The notes below the pieces were generated by a model. That model did not search any database and was not told the DNA's origin. It worked only from the letters and a program-made list of their open reading frames with translations. Source: the human T2T-CHM13v2.0 reference genome, Homo sapiens. Taken from it: a stretch of 64,000 bases of DNA. The stretch lies in assembly GCF_009914755.1 (NCBI RefSeq), contig NC_060946.1. One strand, given 5' to 3'. The translations under genes were made by a program, and so were the position numbers. Positions within the stretch are counted from its first letter, which is position 1, and the number at the start of each line of letters is the position of its first letter. Below, in pieces: positions 13,091 through 30,800 of this stretch.

Positions 13091-15899
13091 TCAAAGTACC
13101 CAAACTATACATTATATACTGTACATAAAATATGAAATTACATCAAATATATTTTATATTAGGTACATAAAATATGAAAGTACATCAAATATAGATTATA
13201 TACTGTGCATTAAATACCAAAGTACCCCAAATATACATTTTATACTGTACATGAAATATCAGAGTTCACAAACTATATATTATATACTGTACATATAATA
13301 TCAAAGTACCCAAGGTATATATTCTATACTGTACAAAAAATAACACAGTACCAAAAGCATGTATTATATACTGTACCTAAAATATGAAAATACATCAAAT
13401 ATATATTTTATTCTGTACATAAAATATCAAAGTACACCAGATATATATTCTATAGTGTACATAAAATATCAAAGTACCCAAACTATACATTATATACTGT
13501 AAATATAATATGAAATTACATCAAATATATTTTATATTAGGTACATAAAATATGAAAGTACATCAAATATAGATTATATACTGTACATTAAATACCAAAG
13601 TACCCCAAATATATATTTTATACTGTACATAAAATATCAAAATACACAAACTATATATTATATACTGTACATAAAATATCAAACTACCCAAGGTATATAT
13701 TCTATACTGTACAAAAAATAACAAAGTACCAAAAGCATGTATAATATACTGTACATAAAATATGAAAGTACATCAAATATATATTTTATTCTGTACATAA
13801 AATATCAAAGTACACCAGATATATATTCTATAGTGTACATAAAATATCAAAGTACCCAAACTATACATTATATACTGTACATAAAATATGAAATTACATC
13901 AAATATATTTTATATTAGGTACATAAAATATGAAAGTACATCAAATATAGATTATATACTGTACATTAAATACCAAATTACCCCAAATATATATTTTATA
14001 CTGTACATGAAATATCAAAATACACTAACTATATAGTATATACTGTACATAAAATATCAAAGTACCCAAGGTATATATTCTATACTGTACAAAAAATAAC
14101 AAATTACCAAAAGCATGTATAATATACTGTACATAAAATATGAAAGTACATCAAATATATATTTTATTCTGTACATAAAATATCAAAGTACACCAGATAT
14201 ATATTCTATAGTGTACATAAAATATCAAAGTACCCAAACTATACATTATATACTGTAAATAAAATATGAAATTACATCAAATATATTTTATATTAGGTAC
14301 ATAAAATATGAAAGTACATCAAATATATATTTTATTCTGTACATAAAATATCAAAGTACACCAGATATGTATTCTATAGTGTACATAAAATATAAAAGTA
14401 CCCAAACTATACATTATATACTGTACATAAAATATGAAATTATATCAAATATATATTATATTAGGTACATAATATATGAAAGTACATCAAATATAGATTA
14501 TATACTGTACATAAAATATCAAAGTACCCCAAATATATATTATATACTCTACATGAAATATCAAAGTTCACAAACTATATATTATATACTGTACATAAAA
14601 TATCAAAGTACCCAAGGTATATATTCCATACTGTACAAAAAATATCAAAATACCCAAAGCATGTATTATATACTGTACATAAAATATGAAAATACATCAA
14701 ATATATATTTTATTCTGTACATAAAATATCAAAGTACACCAGATATATATTCTATAGTGTACATAAAATATCAAAGTACCGAAACTATACATTATATACT
14801 GTACATAAAATATGAAATTACATCAAATATATTTTATATTAGGTACATAAAATATGAAAGTACATCAAATATAGATTATATACTGTACATTAAATACCAA
14901 AGTACCCCAAATATATATTTTATACTGTACATGAAATATCAGAGTTCACAAACTATATATTATATACTGTACATATAATATCAAAGAACCCAAGGTATAT
15001 ATTCTATACTGTACAAAAAATAACAAAGTACCAAAAGCATGTATTATATACTGTACCTAAAATATGAAAATACATCAAATATATATTTTATTCTGTACAT
15101 AAAATATCAAAGTACACCAGATATATATTCTATAGTGTACATAAAATATCAAAGTACCCAAGCTATACATTACATACTGTACATAAAATATGAAATTACA
15201 TCAAATATATATTATATTAGGTACATAAAATATGAAAGTACATGAAATATAGATTATATACTGTACATAAAATATCAAGGTACCACAAATATATATTATA
15301 TACTCTACATGAAATATCAAAGTTCACAAACTATATATTATATACTGTACATATAATATCAAAGTACCCAAGGTATATATTCTATACTGTACAAAAAATA
15401 ACAAAGTACCAAAAGCATGTATTATATACTGTACCTAAAATATGAAAGTACATCAAATATGTATTTTATTCTGTACATAAAATATCAAAGTACACCAGAT
15501 ATATATTCTATAGTGTACATAAAATATCAAAGTACCCAAACTATACATTATATCCTGTACATAAAATATGAAATTACATCAAATATATATTATATTAGGT
15601 ACATAAAATATGAAAGTACATGAAATATAGATTATATACTGTACATAAAATATCAAGGTACGCCAAATATATATTATATACTCTACATGAAATATCAAAG
15701 TTCTCAAACTATATATTATATACTGTACATAAAATATCAAAGTACCCAAGGTATATATTCTATACTGTACAAAAAATAACAAAGTACCAAAAGCATGTAT
15801 AATATACTGTACATAAAATATGAAAGTACATCAAATATATATTTTATTCTGTACATAAAATATCAAAGTACACCAGATATATATTCTATAGTGTACATA

Positions 15900-18800
15900 A
15901 AATATCAAAGTACCCAAACTATACATTATATACTGTAAATAAAATATGAAATTACATCAAATATATTTTATATTAGGTTCATAAAATATGAAATTACATC
16001 AAATATATATTTTATTGTGTACATAAATTATCAAACTACACCAGATATATATTCTATAGTGTACATAAAATATCAAAGTACCCAAACTATACATTATATA
16101 CTGTACATAAAATATGAAATTACATCAAATATATTTTATATTAGGTACATAAAATATGAAAGTACATCAAATATAGATTATATACTGTACATTAAATACC
16201 AAAGTACCCCAAATATATATTTTATACTGTACATGAAATATCAAAGTTCACAAACTATATATTATATACTGTACATATAATATCAAAGTACCCAAGGTAT
16301 ATATTCTATACTGTACAAAAAATAACAAAGTACCAAAAGCATGTATTATATACTGTACCTAAAATATGAAAGTACATCAAATATATATTTTATTCTGTAC
16401 ATAAAATATCAAAGTACACCAGATATATATTCTATAGTGTACATAAAATATCAAAGTACCCAAACTATACATTATATACTGTACATAAAATATGAAATTA
16501 CATCAAATATATTTTATATTAGGTACATAAAATATGAAAGTACATCAAATATAGATTATATACTGTACATTAAATACCAAAGTACCCCAAATATATATTT
16601 TATACTGTACATGAAATATCAAAGTTCACAAACTATATATTATATACTGTACATATAATATCAAAGTACCCAAGGTATATATTCTATACTGTACAAAAAA
16701 TAACAAAGTACCAAAAGCATGTATTATATTCTGTAACTAAAATATGAAAGTACATCAAATATATATTTTATTCTGTACATATAATATCAAAGTACACCAG
16801 ATATATATTCTATAGTGTACATAAAATATCAAAGTACCCAAACTATACATTATATACTGTACATAAAATATGAAATTACATCAAATATATATTATATTAG
16901 GTACATAAAATATGAAAGTACATGAAATATAGATTATATACTGTACATAAAATATCAAGGTACCCCAAATATATATTATATACTCTACATGAAATATCAA
17001 AGTTCACAAACTATATATTATATACTGTACATAAAATATCAAAGTACCCAAGGTATATATTCTATACTGTACAAAAAATAACAAAGTACCAAAAGCATGT
17101 ATAATATACTGTACATAAAATATGAAAGTACATCAAATATATATTTTATTCTGTACATAAAATATCAAAGTACACCAGATATATATTCTATAGTGTACAT
17201 AAAATATCAAAGTACCCAAACTATACATTATATACTGTAAATAAAATATGAAATTACATCAAATATATTTTATATTAGGTACATAAAATATGAAAGTACA
17301 TCAAATATATATTTTATTCTGTACATAAAATATCAAAGTACACCAGATATGTATTCTATAGTGTACATAAAATATAAAAGTACCCAAACTATACATTATA
17401 TACTGTACATAAAATATGAAATTATATCAAATATATATTATATTAGGTACATAATATATGAAAGTACATCAAATATAGATTATATACTGTACATAAAATA
17501 TCAAAGTACCCCAAATATATATTATATACTCTACATGAAATATCAAAGTTCACAAACTATATATTATATACTGTACATAAAATATCAAAGTACCCAAGGT
17601 ATATATTCTATACTGTACAAAAAATATCAAAATACCCAAAGCATGTATTATATACTGTACATAAAATATGAAAGTACATCAAATATATATATTATTCTGT
17701 ACATAAAATATCAAAGTACACCAGATATATATTCTATAGTGTACATAAAATATCAAAGTACCGAAACTATACATTATATACTGTACATAAAATATGAAAT
17801 TACATCAAATATATTTTATATTAGGTACATAAAATATGAAAGTACATCAAATATAGATTATATACTGTACATTAAATACCAAAGTACCCCAAATATATAT
17901 TTTATGCTGTACATGAAATATCAGAGTTCACAAACTATATATTATATACTGTACATATAATATCAAAGAACCCAAGGTATATATTCTATACTGTACAAAA
18001 AATAACAAAGTACCAAAAGCATGTATTATATACTGTACCTAAAATATGAAAATACATCAAATATATATTTTATTCTGTACATAAAATATCAAAGTACACC
18101 AGATATATATTCTATAGTGTACATAAAATATCAAAGTACCCAAGCTATACATTACATACTGTACATAAAATATGAAATTACATCAAATATATATTATATT
18201 AGGTACATAAAATATGAAAGTACATGAAATATAGATTATATACTGTACATAAAATATCAAGGTACCACAAATATATATTATATACTCTACATGAAATATC
18301 AAAGTTCACAAACTATATATTATATACTGTACATATAATATCAAAGTACCCAAGGTATATATTCTATACTGTACAAAAAATAACAAAGTACCAAAAGCAT
18401 GTATTATATACTGTACCTAAAATATGAAAGTACATCAAATATGTATTTTATTCTGTACATAAAATATCAAAGTACACCAGATATATATTCTATAGTGTAC
18501 ATAAAATATGAAAGTACCCAAACTATACATTATATCCTGTACATAAAATATGAAATTACACCAAATATATATTATATTAGGTACATAAAATATGAAAGTA
18601 CATGAAATATAGATTATATACTGTACATAAAATATCAAGGTACGCCAAATATATATTATATACTCTACATGAAATATCAAAGTTCTCAAACTATATATTA
18701 TATACTGTACATAAAATATCAAAGTACCCAAGGTATATATTCTATACTGTACAAAAAATAACAAAGTACCAAAAGCATGTATAATATACTGTACATAAAA

Positions 18801-21800
18801 TATGAAAGTACATCAAATATATATTTTATTCTGTACATAAAATATCAAAGTACACCAGATATATATTCTATAGTGTACATAAAATATCAAAGTACCCAAA
18901 CTATACATTATATACTGTAAATAAAATATGAAATGACATCAAATATATTTTATATTAGGTACATAAAATATGAAAGTACATCAAATATATATTTTATTCT
19001 GTACATAAAATATCAAACTACACCAGATATATATTCTATAGTGTACATAAAATATGAAAGTACCCAAACTATACATTATATCCTGTACATAAAATATGAA
19101 ATTACATCAAATATATATTATATTAGGTACATAAAATATGAAAGTACATGAAATATAGATTATATACTGTACATAATATATCAAGGTACGCCAAATATAT
19201 ATTATATACTCTACATGAAATATCAAAGTTCTCAAACTATATATTATATACTGTACATAAAATATCAAAGTACCCAAGGTATATATTCTATACTTTACAA
19301 AAAATAACAAAGTACCAAAAGCATGTATAATATACTGTACATAAAATATGAAAGTACATCAAATATATATTTTATTCTGTACATAAAATATCAAAGTACA
19401 CCAGATATATATTCTATAGTGTACATAAAATATCAAAGTACCCAAACTATACATTATATACTGTAAATAAAATATGAAATTACATCAAATATATTTTATA
19501 TTAGGTACATAAAATATGAAAGTACATCAAATATATATTTTATTCTGTACATAAAATATCAAACTACACCAGATATATATTCTATAGTGTACATAAAATA
19601 TCAAAGTACCCAAACTATACATTATATACTGTACATAAAATATGAAATTACATCAAATATATTTTATATTAGGTACATAAAATATGAAAGTACATCAAAT
19701 ATAGATTATATACTGTACATTAAATACCAAAGTACCCCAAATATATATTTTATACTGTACATGAAATATCAAAGTTCACAAACTATATATTATATACTGT
19801 ACATATAATATCAAAGTACCCAAGGTATATATTCTATACTGTACAAAAAATAACAAAGTACCAAAAGCATGTATTATATACTGTACCTAAAATATGAAAG
19901 TACATCAAATATATATTTTATTCTGTACATAAAATATCAAAGTACACCAGATATATATTCTATAGTGTACATAAAATATCAAAGTACCCAAACTATACAT
20001 TATATACTGTACATAAAATATGAAATTACATCAAATATATATTATATTAGGTACATAAAATATGAAAGTACATGAAATATAGATTATATACTGTACATAA
20101 AATAGCAAGGTACCCCAAATATATATTATATACTCTACATGAAATATCAAAGTTCACAAACTATATATTATATACTGTACATAAAATATCAAAGTACCCA
20201 AGGTATATATTCTATACTGTACAAAAAATAACAAAGTAGCAAAAGCATGTATAATATACTGTACATAAAATATGAAAGTACAACAAATATATATTTTATT
20301 CTGTACATAAAATATCAAAGTACACCCGATATATATTCTATAGTGTACATAAAATATCAAAGTACCCAAACTATACATTATATACTGTAAATAAAATATG
20401 AAATTACATCAAATATATTTTATATTAGGTACATAAAATATGAAAGTACATCAAATATATATTTTATTCTGTACATAAAATATCAAAGTACACCAGATAT
20501 ATATTGTATACTGTACATAAAATATCAAAGTACCCAAACTATACGTTATATACTGTACATAAAATATGAAATTACATCAAATATATTTTATATTGGGTAC
20601 ATAAAATATGAAAGTACATCAAATACAGATTATATACTGTACATTAAATACCAAAGTACCCCAAATATATATTTTATACTGTACATGAAATATCAAATTT
20701 CACAAACTATATATTATATACTGTACATATAATATCAAAGTACACAAGGTATATATTCTATACTGTACAAAAAATAACAAAGTACCAAAAGCATGTATTA
20801 TATACTGTACCTAAAATATGAAAGTACATCAGATATATGTTTTATTCTGTACATAAAATATCAAAGTACACCAGATATATATTCTATAGTGTACATAAAA
20901 TATCAAAGTACCCAAACTATACATTATATACTGTACATAAAATATGAAATTACATCAAATATATATTATATTAGGTACATAAAATATGAAAGTACATGAA
21001 ATATAGATTATATACTGTACATAAAATATCAAGGTACCCCAAATATATATTATATACTCTACATGAAATATCAAAGTTCTGAAACTATATATTATATACT
21101 GTACATAAAATATCAAAGTACCCAAGGTATATATTCTATACTGTACAAAAAATAACAAAGTACCAAAAGCATGTATAATATACTGTACATAAAATATGAA
21201 AGTACATCGAATATATATTTTATTCTTTACATAAAATATCAAAGTACACCAGATTTATATTCTATAGTGTACATAAAATATCAAAGTACCCAAACTATAC
21301 ATTATATACTGTAAATAAAATATGAAATTACATCAAATATATTTTATATTAGGTACATAAAATATGAAAGTACATCAAATATATATTTTATTCTGTACAT
21401 AAAATATCAAAGTACACCAGATATATATTCTATAGTGTACATAAAATATCAAATTACCCAAACTATACATTATATACTGTACATAAAATATGAAATTACA
21501 TCAAATATATTTTATATTAGGTACATAAAATATGAAAGTACATCAAATATAGATTATATACTGTACATTAAATACCAAATTACCCCAAATATATATTTTA
21601 TACTGTACATGAAATATCAAAGTTCACAAACTATGTATTATATACTGTACATATAATATCAAAGTACCCAAGGTATATATTCTATACTGTACAAAAAATA
21701 ACAAAGTACCAAAAGCATGTATAATATACTGTACATAAAATATGAAAGTACATCAAATATATATTTTATTCTGTACATAAAATATCAAAGTACACCAGAT

Positions 21801-24800
21801 ATATATTCTATAGTGTACATAAAATATCAAAGTACCCAAACTATACATTATATACTGTAAATAAAATATGAAATTACATCAAATATATTTTATATTAGGT
21901 ACATAAAATATGAAAGTACATCAAATATATATTTTATTCTGTACATAAAATATCAAAGTACACCAGATATATATTCTATAGTGTACATAAAATATCAAAG
22001 TACCCAAACTATACATTATATACTGTACATAAAATATGAAATTACATCAAATATATTTTATATTAGGTACATAAAATATGAAATTACATCAAATATAGAT
22101 TATATACTGTACATTAAATACCAAAGTACCCCAAATATATATTTTATACTGTACATGAAATATCAAAGTTCACAAACTATATATTATATAATGTACATAA
22201 AATATCAAAGTACCCAAGGTATATATTCTATACTGTACAAAAAATAACAAAGTACCAAAAGCATGTATTATATACTGTACCTAAAATATGAAAATACATC
22301 AAATATATATTTTATTCTGTACATAAAATATCAAAGTACACCAGATATATATTCTATAGTGTACATAAAATATCAAAGTACCCAAACTATACATTATATA
22401 CTGTAAATAAAATATGAAATTACATCAAATATATTTTATATTAGGTACATAAAATATGAAAGTACATCAAATATAGATTATATACTGTACATTAAATATG
22501 AAAGTACCCCAAATATATATTTTATACTGTACATGAAATATCAAAGTTCACAAACTATATATTATATACTGTACATAAATTATCAAAGTACCCAAGGTAT
22601 ATATTCTATACTGTACAAAAAATATCAAAGTACCCAAAGCATGTATTATATACTGTACATAAAATATGAAAGTACATCAAATATATATTTTATTCTGTAC
22701 ATAAAACATCAAAGTACACCAGATATATATTCTATAGTGTACATAAAATATCAAAGTACCCAAACTATACATTATATAGTGTACATAAAATATGAAATTA
22801 TATCAAATATATATTATATCAGGTACATAATATATGAAAGTACATCAAATATAGATTATATACTGTACATAAAATATCAAAGTACCCCAAATATAAATTA
22901 TATACTCTACATGAAATATCAAAGTTCACAAACTATATATTATATACTGTACAAAAATATCAAAGTACCCAAGGTATATATTCTATACTGTACAAAAAAT
23001 ATCAAAGTACACAAAGCATGTATTATATACTGTACATAAAATATGAAAGTACATCAAATATATATTTTATTCTGTACGTAAAAGATCAAAGTACACCAGA
23101 TATATATTCTATAGTGTACATAAAATATCAAAGTACCCAAACTATACATTATATACTGTACATAAAATATGAAATTACATCAAATATATTTTATATTAGG
23201 TACATAAAATATGAAAGTACATCAAATATAGATTATATACTGTACTTTAAATACCAAAGTACCCCAAATATATATTTTATACTGTACATGAAATATCAGA
23301 GTTCACAAACTATATATTATATACTGTACATATAATATCAAAGTACCCAAGGTATATATTCTATACTGTACAAAAAATAACAAAGTACCAAAAGCATGTA
23401 TTATATACTGTACCTAAAATATGAAAATACATCAAATATATATTTTATTCTGTACATAAAATATCAAAGTACACCAGATATATATTCTATAGTGTACATA
23501 AAATATCAAAGTACCCAAACTATACATTACATACTGTACATAAAATATGAAATTACATCAAATATATATTATATTAGGTACATAAAATATGAAAGTACAT
23601 GAAATATAGATTATATACTGTACATAAAATATCAAGGTACCCCAAATATATATTATATACTCTACATGAAATATCAAAGTTCACAAACTATATATTATAT
23701 ACTGTACATATAATATCAAAGTACCCAAGGTATATATTCTATACTGTACAAAAAATAACAAAGTACCAAAAGCATGTATTATATACTGTACCTAAAATAT
23801 GAAAGTACATCAAATATATATTTTATTCTGTACATAAAATATCAAAGTACACCAGATATATATTCTATAGTGTACATAAAATATCAAAGTACCCAAACTA
23901 TACATTATATACTGTAAATAAAACATGAAATTACATCAAATATATTTTATATTAGGTACATAAAATATGAAAGTACATCAAATATAGATTATATACTGTA
24001 CATTAAATACCAAAGTACCCCAAATATATATTTTATACTGCACATGAAATATCAAAATACACAAACTATATATTATATACTGTACATAAAATATCAAAGT
24101 ACCCAAGGTATATATTCTATACTGTACAAAAAATAACAAAGTACCAAAAGCATGTATAATATACTGTACATAAAATATGAAAGTACATCAAATATATATT
24201 TTATTCTGTACATAAAATATCAAAGTACACCAGATATATATTCTATAGTGTACATAAAATATCAAAGTACCCAAACTATACATTATATACTGTACATAAA
24301 ATATGAAATTACATCAAATATATATTATATTAGGTACATAAAATATGAAAGTACATGAAATATAGATTATATACTGTACATAAAATATCAAGGTACCCCA
24401 AATATATATTATATACTCTACATGAAATATCAAAGTTCACAAACTATATATTATATACTGTACATAAAATATCAAAGTACCCAAGGTATATATTCTATAC
24501 TGTACAAAAAATAACAAAGTACCAAAAGCATGTATAATATACTGTACATAAAATATGAAAGTACATCAAATATATATTTTATTCTGTAAATAAAATATCA
24601 AAGTACACCAGATATATATTCTATAGTGTACATAAAATATCAAAGTACCCAAACTATACATTATATACTGTAAATAAAATATGAAATTACATCAAATATA
24701 TTTTATATTAGGTACATAAAATATGAAAGTACATCAAATATATATTTTATTCTGTACATAAAATATCAAAGTACACCAGATATGTATTCTATAGTGTACA

Positions 24801-27800
24801 TAAAATATAAAAGTACCCAAACTATACATTATATACTGTACATAAAATATGAAATTATATCAAATATATATTATATTAGGTACATAATATATGAAAGTAC
24901 ATCAAATATAGATTATATACTGTACATAAAATATCAAAGTACCCCAAATATATATTATATACTCTACATGAAATATCAAAGTTCACAAACTATATATTAT
25001 ATACTGTACATAAAATATCAAAGTACCCAAGGTATATATTCTATACTGTACAAAAAATATCAAAATACCCAAAGCATGTATTATATACTGTACATAAAAT
25101 ATGAAAGTACATCAAATATATATTTTATTCTGTACATAAAATATCAAAGTACACCAGATATATATTCTATAGTGTACATAAAATATCAAAGTACCGAAAC
25201 TATACATTATATACTGTACATAAAATATGAAATTACATCAAATATATTTTATATTAGGTACATAAAATATGAAAGTACATCAAATATAGATTATATACTG
25301 TACATTAAATACCAAAGTACCCCAAATATATATTTTATGCTGTACATGAAATATCAGAGTTCACAAACTATATATTATATACTGTACATATAATATCAAA
25401 GAACCCAAGGTATATATTCTATACTGTACAAAAAATAACTAAGTACCAAAAGCATGTATTATATACTGTACCTAAAATATGAAAATACATCAAATATATA
25501 TTTTATTCTGTACATAAAATATCAAAGTACACCAGATATATATTCTATAGTGTACATAAAATATCAAAGTACCCAAGCTATACATTACATACTGTACATA
25601 AAATATGAAATTACATCAAATATATATTATATTAGGTACATAAAATATGAAAGTACATGAAATATAGATTATATACTGTACATAAAATGTCAAGGTACCA
25701 CAAATATATATTATATACTCTACATGAAATATCAAAGTTCACAAACTATATATTATATACTGTACATATAATATCAAAGTACCCAAGGTATATATTCTAT
25801 ACTGTACAAAAAATAACAAAGTACCAAAAGCATGTATTATATACTGTACCTAAAATATGAAAGTACATCAAATATGTATTTTATTCTGTACATAAAATAT
25901 CAAAGTACACCAGATATATATTCTATAGTGTACATAAAATATGAAAGTACCCAAACTATACATTATATCCTGTACATAAAATATGAAATAACATCAAATA
26001 TATATTATATTAGGTACATAAAATATGAAAGTACATGAAATATAGATTATATACTGTACATAAAATATCAAGGTACGCCAAATATATATTATATACTCTA
26101 CATGAAATATCAAAGTTCTCAAACTATATATTATATACTGTACATAAAATATCAAAGTACCCAAGGTATATATTCTATACTGTACAAAAAATAACAAAGT
26201 ACCAAAAGCATGTATAATATACTGTACATAAAATATGAAAGTACATCAAATATATATTTTATTCTGTACATAAAATATCAAAGTACACCAGATATATATT
26301 CTATAGTGTACATAAAATATCAAAGTACCCAAACTATACATTATATACTGTAAATAAAATATGAAATTACATCAAATATATTTTATATTAGGTACATAAA
26401 ATATGAAAGTACATCAAATATATATTTTATTCTGTACATAAAATATCAAACTACACCAGATATATATTCTATAGTGTACATAAAATATCAAAGTACCCAA
26501 ACTATACATTATATACTGTACATAAAATATGAAATTACATCAAATATATTTTATATTAGGTACATAAAATATGAAAGTACATCAAATATAGATTATATAC
26601 TGTACATTAAATACCAAAGTACCCCAAATATATATTTTATACTGTACATGAAATATCAAAGTTCACAAACTATATATTATATACTGTACATATAATATCA
26701 AAGTACCCAAGGTATATATTCTATACTGTACAAAAAATAACAAAGTACCAAAAGCATGTATTATATACTGTACCTAAAATATGAAAGTACATCAAATATA
26801 TATTTTATTCTGTACATAAAATATCAAAGTACACCAGATATATATTCTATAGTGTACATAAAATATCAAAGTACCCAAACTATACATTATATACTGTACA
26901 TAAAATATGAAATTACATCAAATATATATTATATTAGGTACATAAAATATGAAAGTACATGAAATATAGATTATATACTGTACATAAAATAGCAAGGTAC
27001 CCCAAATATATATTATATACTCTACATGAAATATCAAAGTTCACAAACTATATATTATATACTGTACATAAAATATCAAAGTACCCAAGGTATATATTCT
27101 ATACTGTACAAAAAATAACAAAGTAGCAAAAGCATGTATAATATACTGTACATAAAATATGAAAGTACAACAAATATATATTTTATTCTGTACATAAAAT
27201 ATCAAAGTACACCCGATATATATTCTATAGTGTACATAAAATATCAAAGTACCCAAACTATACATTATATACTGTAAATAAAATATGAAATTACATCAAA
27301 TATATTTTATATTAGGTACATAAAATATGAAAGTACATCAAATATATATTTTATTCTGTACATAAAATATCAAAGTACACCAGATATATATTGTATACTG
27401 TACATAAAATATCAAAGTACCCAAACTATACGTTATATACTGTACATAAAATATGAAATTACATCAAATATATTTTATATTGGGTACATAAAATATGAAA
27501 GTACATCAAATACAGATTATATACTGTACATTAAATACCAAAGTACCCCAAATATATATTTTATACTGTACATGAAATATCAAATTTCACAAACTATATA
27601 TTATATACTGTACATATAATATCAAAGTACCCAAGGTATATATTCTATACTGTACAAAAAATAACAAAGTACCAAAAGCATGTATTATATACTGTACCTA
27701 AAATATGAAATTACATCAGATATATATTTTATTCTGTACATAAAATATCAAAGTACACCAGATATATATTCTATAGTGTACATAAAATATCAAAGTACCC

Positions 27801-30800
27801 AAACTATACATTATATACTGTACATAAAATATGAAATTACATCAAATATATATTATATTAGGTACATAAAATATGAAAGTACATGAAATATAGATTATAT
27901 ACTGTACATAATATATCAAGGTACGCCAAATATATATTATATACTCTACATGAAATATCAAAGTTCTCAAACTATATATTATATACTGTACATAAAATAT
28001 CAAAGTACCCAAGGTATATATTCTATACTGTACAAAAAATAACAAAGTACCAAAAGCATGTATAATATACTGTACATAAAATATGAAAGTACATCAAATA
28101 TATATTTTATTCTGTACATAAAATATCAAAGTACACCAGATATATATTCTATAGTGTACATAAAATATCAAAGTACCCAAACTATACATTATATACTGTA
28201 AATAAAATATGAAATTACATCAAATATATTTTATATTAGGTACATAAAATATGAAAGTACATCAAATATATATTTTATTCTGTACATAAAATATCAAACT
28301 ACACCAGATATATATTCTATAGTGTACATAAAATATCAAAGTACCCAAACTATACATTATATACTGTACATAAAATATGAAATTACATCAAATATATTTT
28401 ATATTAGGTACATAAAATATGAAAGTACATCAAATATAGATTATATACTGTACATTAAATACCAAAGTACCCCAAATATATATTTTATACTGTACATGAA
28501 ATATCAAAGTTCACAAACTATATATTATATACTGTACATATAATATCAAAGTACCCAAGGTATATATTCTATACTGTACAAAAAATAACAAAGTACCAAA
28601 AGCATGTATTATATACTGTACCTAAAATATGAAAGTACATCAAATATATATTTTATTCTGTACATAAAATATCAAAGTACACCAGATATATATTCTATAG
28701 TGTACATAAAATATCAAAGTACCCAAACTATACATTATATACTGTACATAAAATATGAAATTACATCAAATATATATTATATTAGGTACATAAAATATGA
28801 AAGTACATGAAATATAGATTATATACTGTACATAAAATAGCAAGGTACCCCAAATATATATTATATACTCTACATGAAATATCAAAGTTCACAAACTATA
28901 TATTATATACTGTACATAAAATATCAAAGTACCCAAGGTATATATTCTATACTGTACAAAAAATAACAAAGTAGCAAAAGCATGTATAATATACTGTACA
29001 TAAAATATGAAAGTACAACAAATATATATTTTATTCTGTACATAAAATATCAAAGTACACCCGATATATATTCTATAGTGTACATAAAATATCAAAGTAC
29101 CCAAACTATACATTATATACTGTAAATAAAATATGAAATTACATCAAATATATTTTATATTAGGTACATAAAATATGAAAGTACATCAAATATATATTTT
29201 ATTCTGTACATAAAATATCAAAGTACACCAGATATATATTGTATACTGTACATAAAATATCAAAGTACCCAAACTATACGTTATATACTGTACATAAAAT
29301 ATGAAATTACATCAAATATATTTTATATTGGGTACATAAAATATGAAAGTACATCAAATACAGATTATATACTGTAGATTAAATACCAAAGTACCCCAAA
29401 TATATATTTTATACTGTACATGAAATATCAAATTTCACAAACTATATATTATATACTGTACATATAATATCAAAGTACCCAAGGTATATATTCTATACTG
29501 TACAAAAAATAACAAAGTACCAAAAGCATGTATTATATACTGTACCTAAAATATGAAAGTACATCAGATATATATTTTATTCTGTACATAAAATATCAAA
29601 GTACACCAGATATATATTCTATAGTGTACATAAAATATCAAAGTACCCAAACTATACATTACATACTGTACATAAAATATGAAATTACATCAAATATATA
29701 TTATATTAGGTACATAAAATATGAAAGTACATGAAATATAGATTATATACTGTACATAAAATATCAAAGTACCCCAAATATAAATTATATACTCTACATG
29801 AAATATCAAAGTTCACAAACTATATATTATATACTGTACAAAAATATCAAAGTACCCAAGGTATATATTCTATACTGTACAAAAAATATCAAAATACCCA
29901 AAGCATGTATTATATACTGTACATAAAATATGAAAGTACATCAAATATATATTTTATTCTGTACATAAAATATCAAAGTACACCAGATATATATTCTATA
30001 GTGTACATAAAATATCAAAGTACACAAACTATACATTATATACTGTAAATAAAATATGAAATTACATCAAATATATTTTATATTAGGTTCATAAAATATG
30101 AAATTACATCAAATATATATTTTATTCTGTACATAAATTATCAAACTACACCAGATATATATTCTATAGTGTACATAAAATATCAAAGTACCCAAACTAT
30201 ACATTATATACTGTACATAAAATATGAAATTACATCAAATATATTTTATATTAGGTACATAAAATATGAAAGTACATCAAATATAGATTATATACTGTAC
30301 ATTAAATACCAAAGTACCCCAAATATATATTTTATACTGTACATGAAATATCAAAGTTCACAAACTATATATTATATACTGTACATATAATATCAAAGTA
30401 CCCAAGGTATATATTCTATACTGTACAAAAAATAACAAAGTACCAAAAGCATGTATTATATACTGTACCTAAAATATGAAAGTACATCAAATATATATTT
30501 TATTCTGTACATAAAATATCAAAGTACACCAGATATATATTCTATAGTGTACATAAAATATCAAAGTACCCAAACTATACATTATATACTGTACATAAAA
30601 TATGAAATTACATCAAATATATTTTATATTAGGTACATAAAATATGAAAGTACATCAAATATAGATTATATACTGTACATTAAATACCAAAGTACCCCAA
30701 ATATATATTTTATACTGTACATGAAATATCAAAGTTCACAAACTATATATTATATACTGTACATATAATATCAAAGTACCCAAGGTATATATTCTATACT

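Noticed and set aside
12117-13298. 393-aa ORF (and the 335-, 231-, 210- and 203-aa ORFs) encoding Y/I/K-rich 14-aa repeats
   Set aside because: A 42-bp monomer preserves frame, so any run of units without TAA/TGA alleles gives a long ORF. Stops track unit subtypes, and there is no non-repetitive domain or gene structure.
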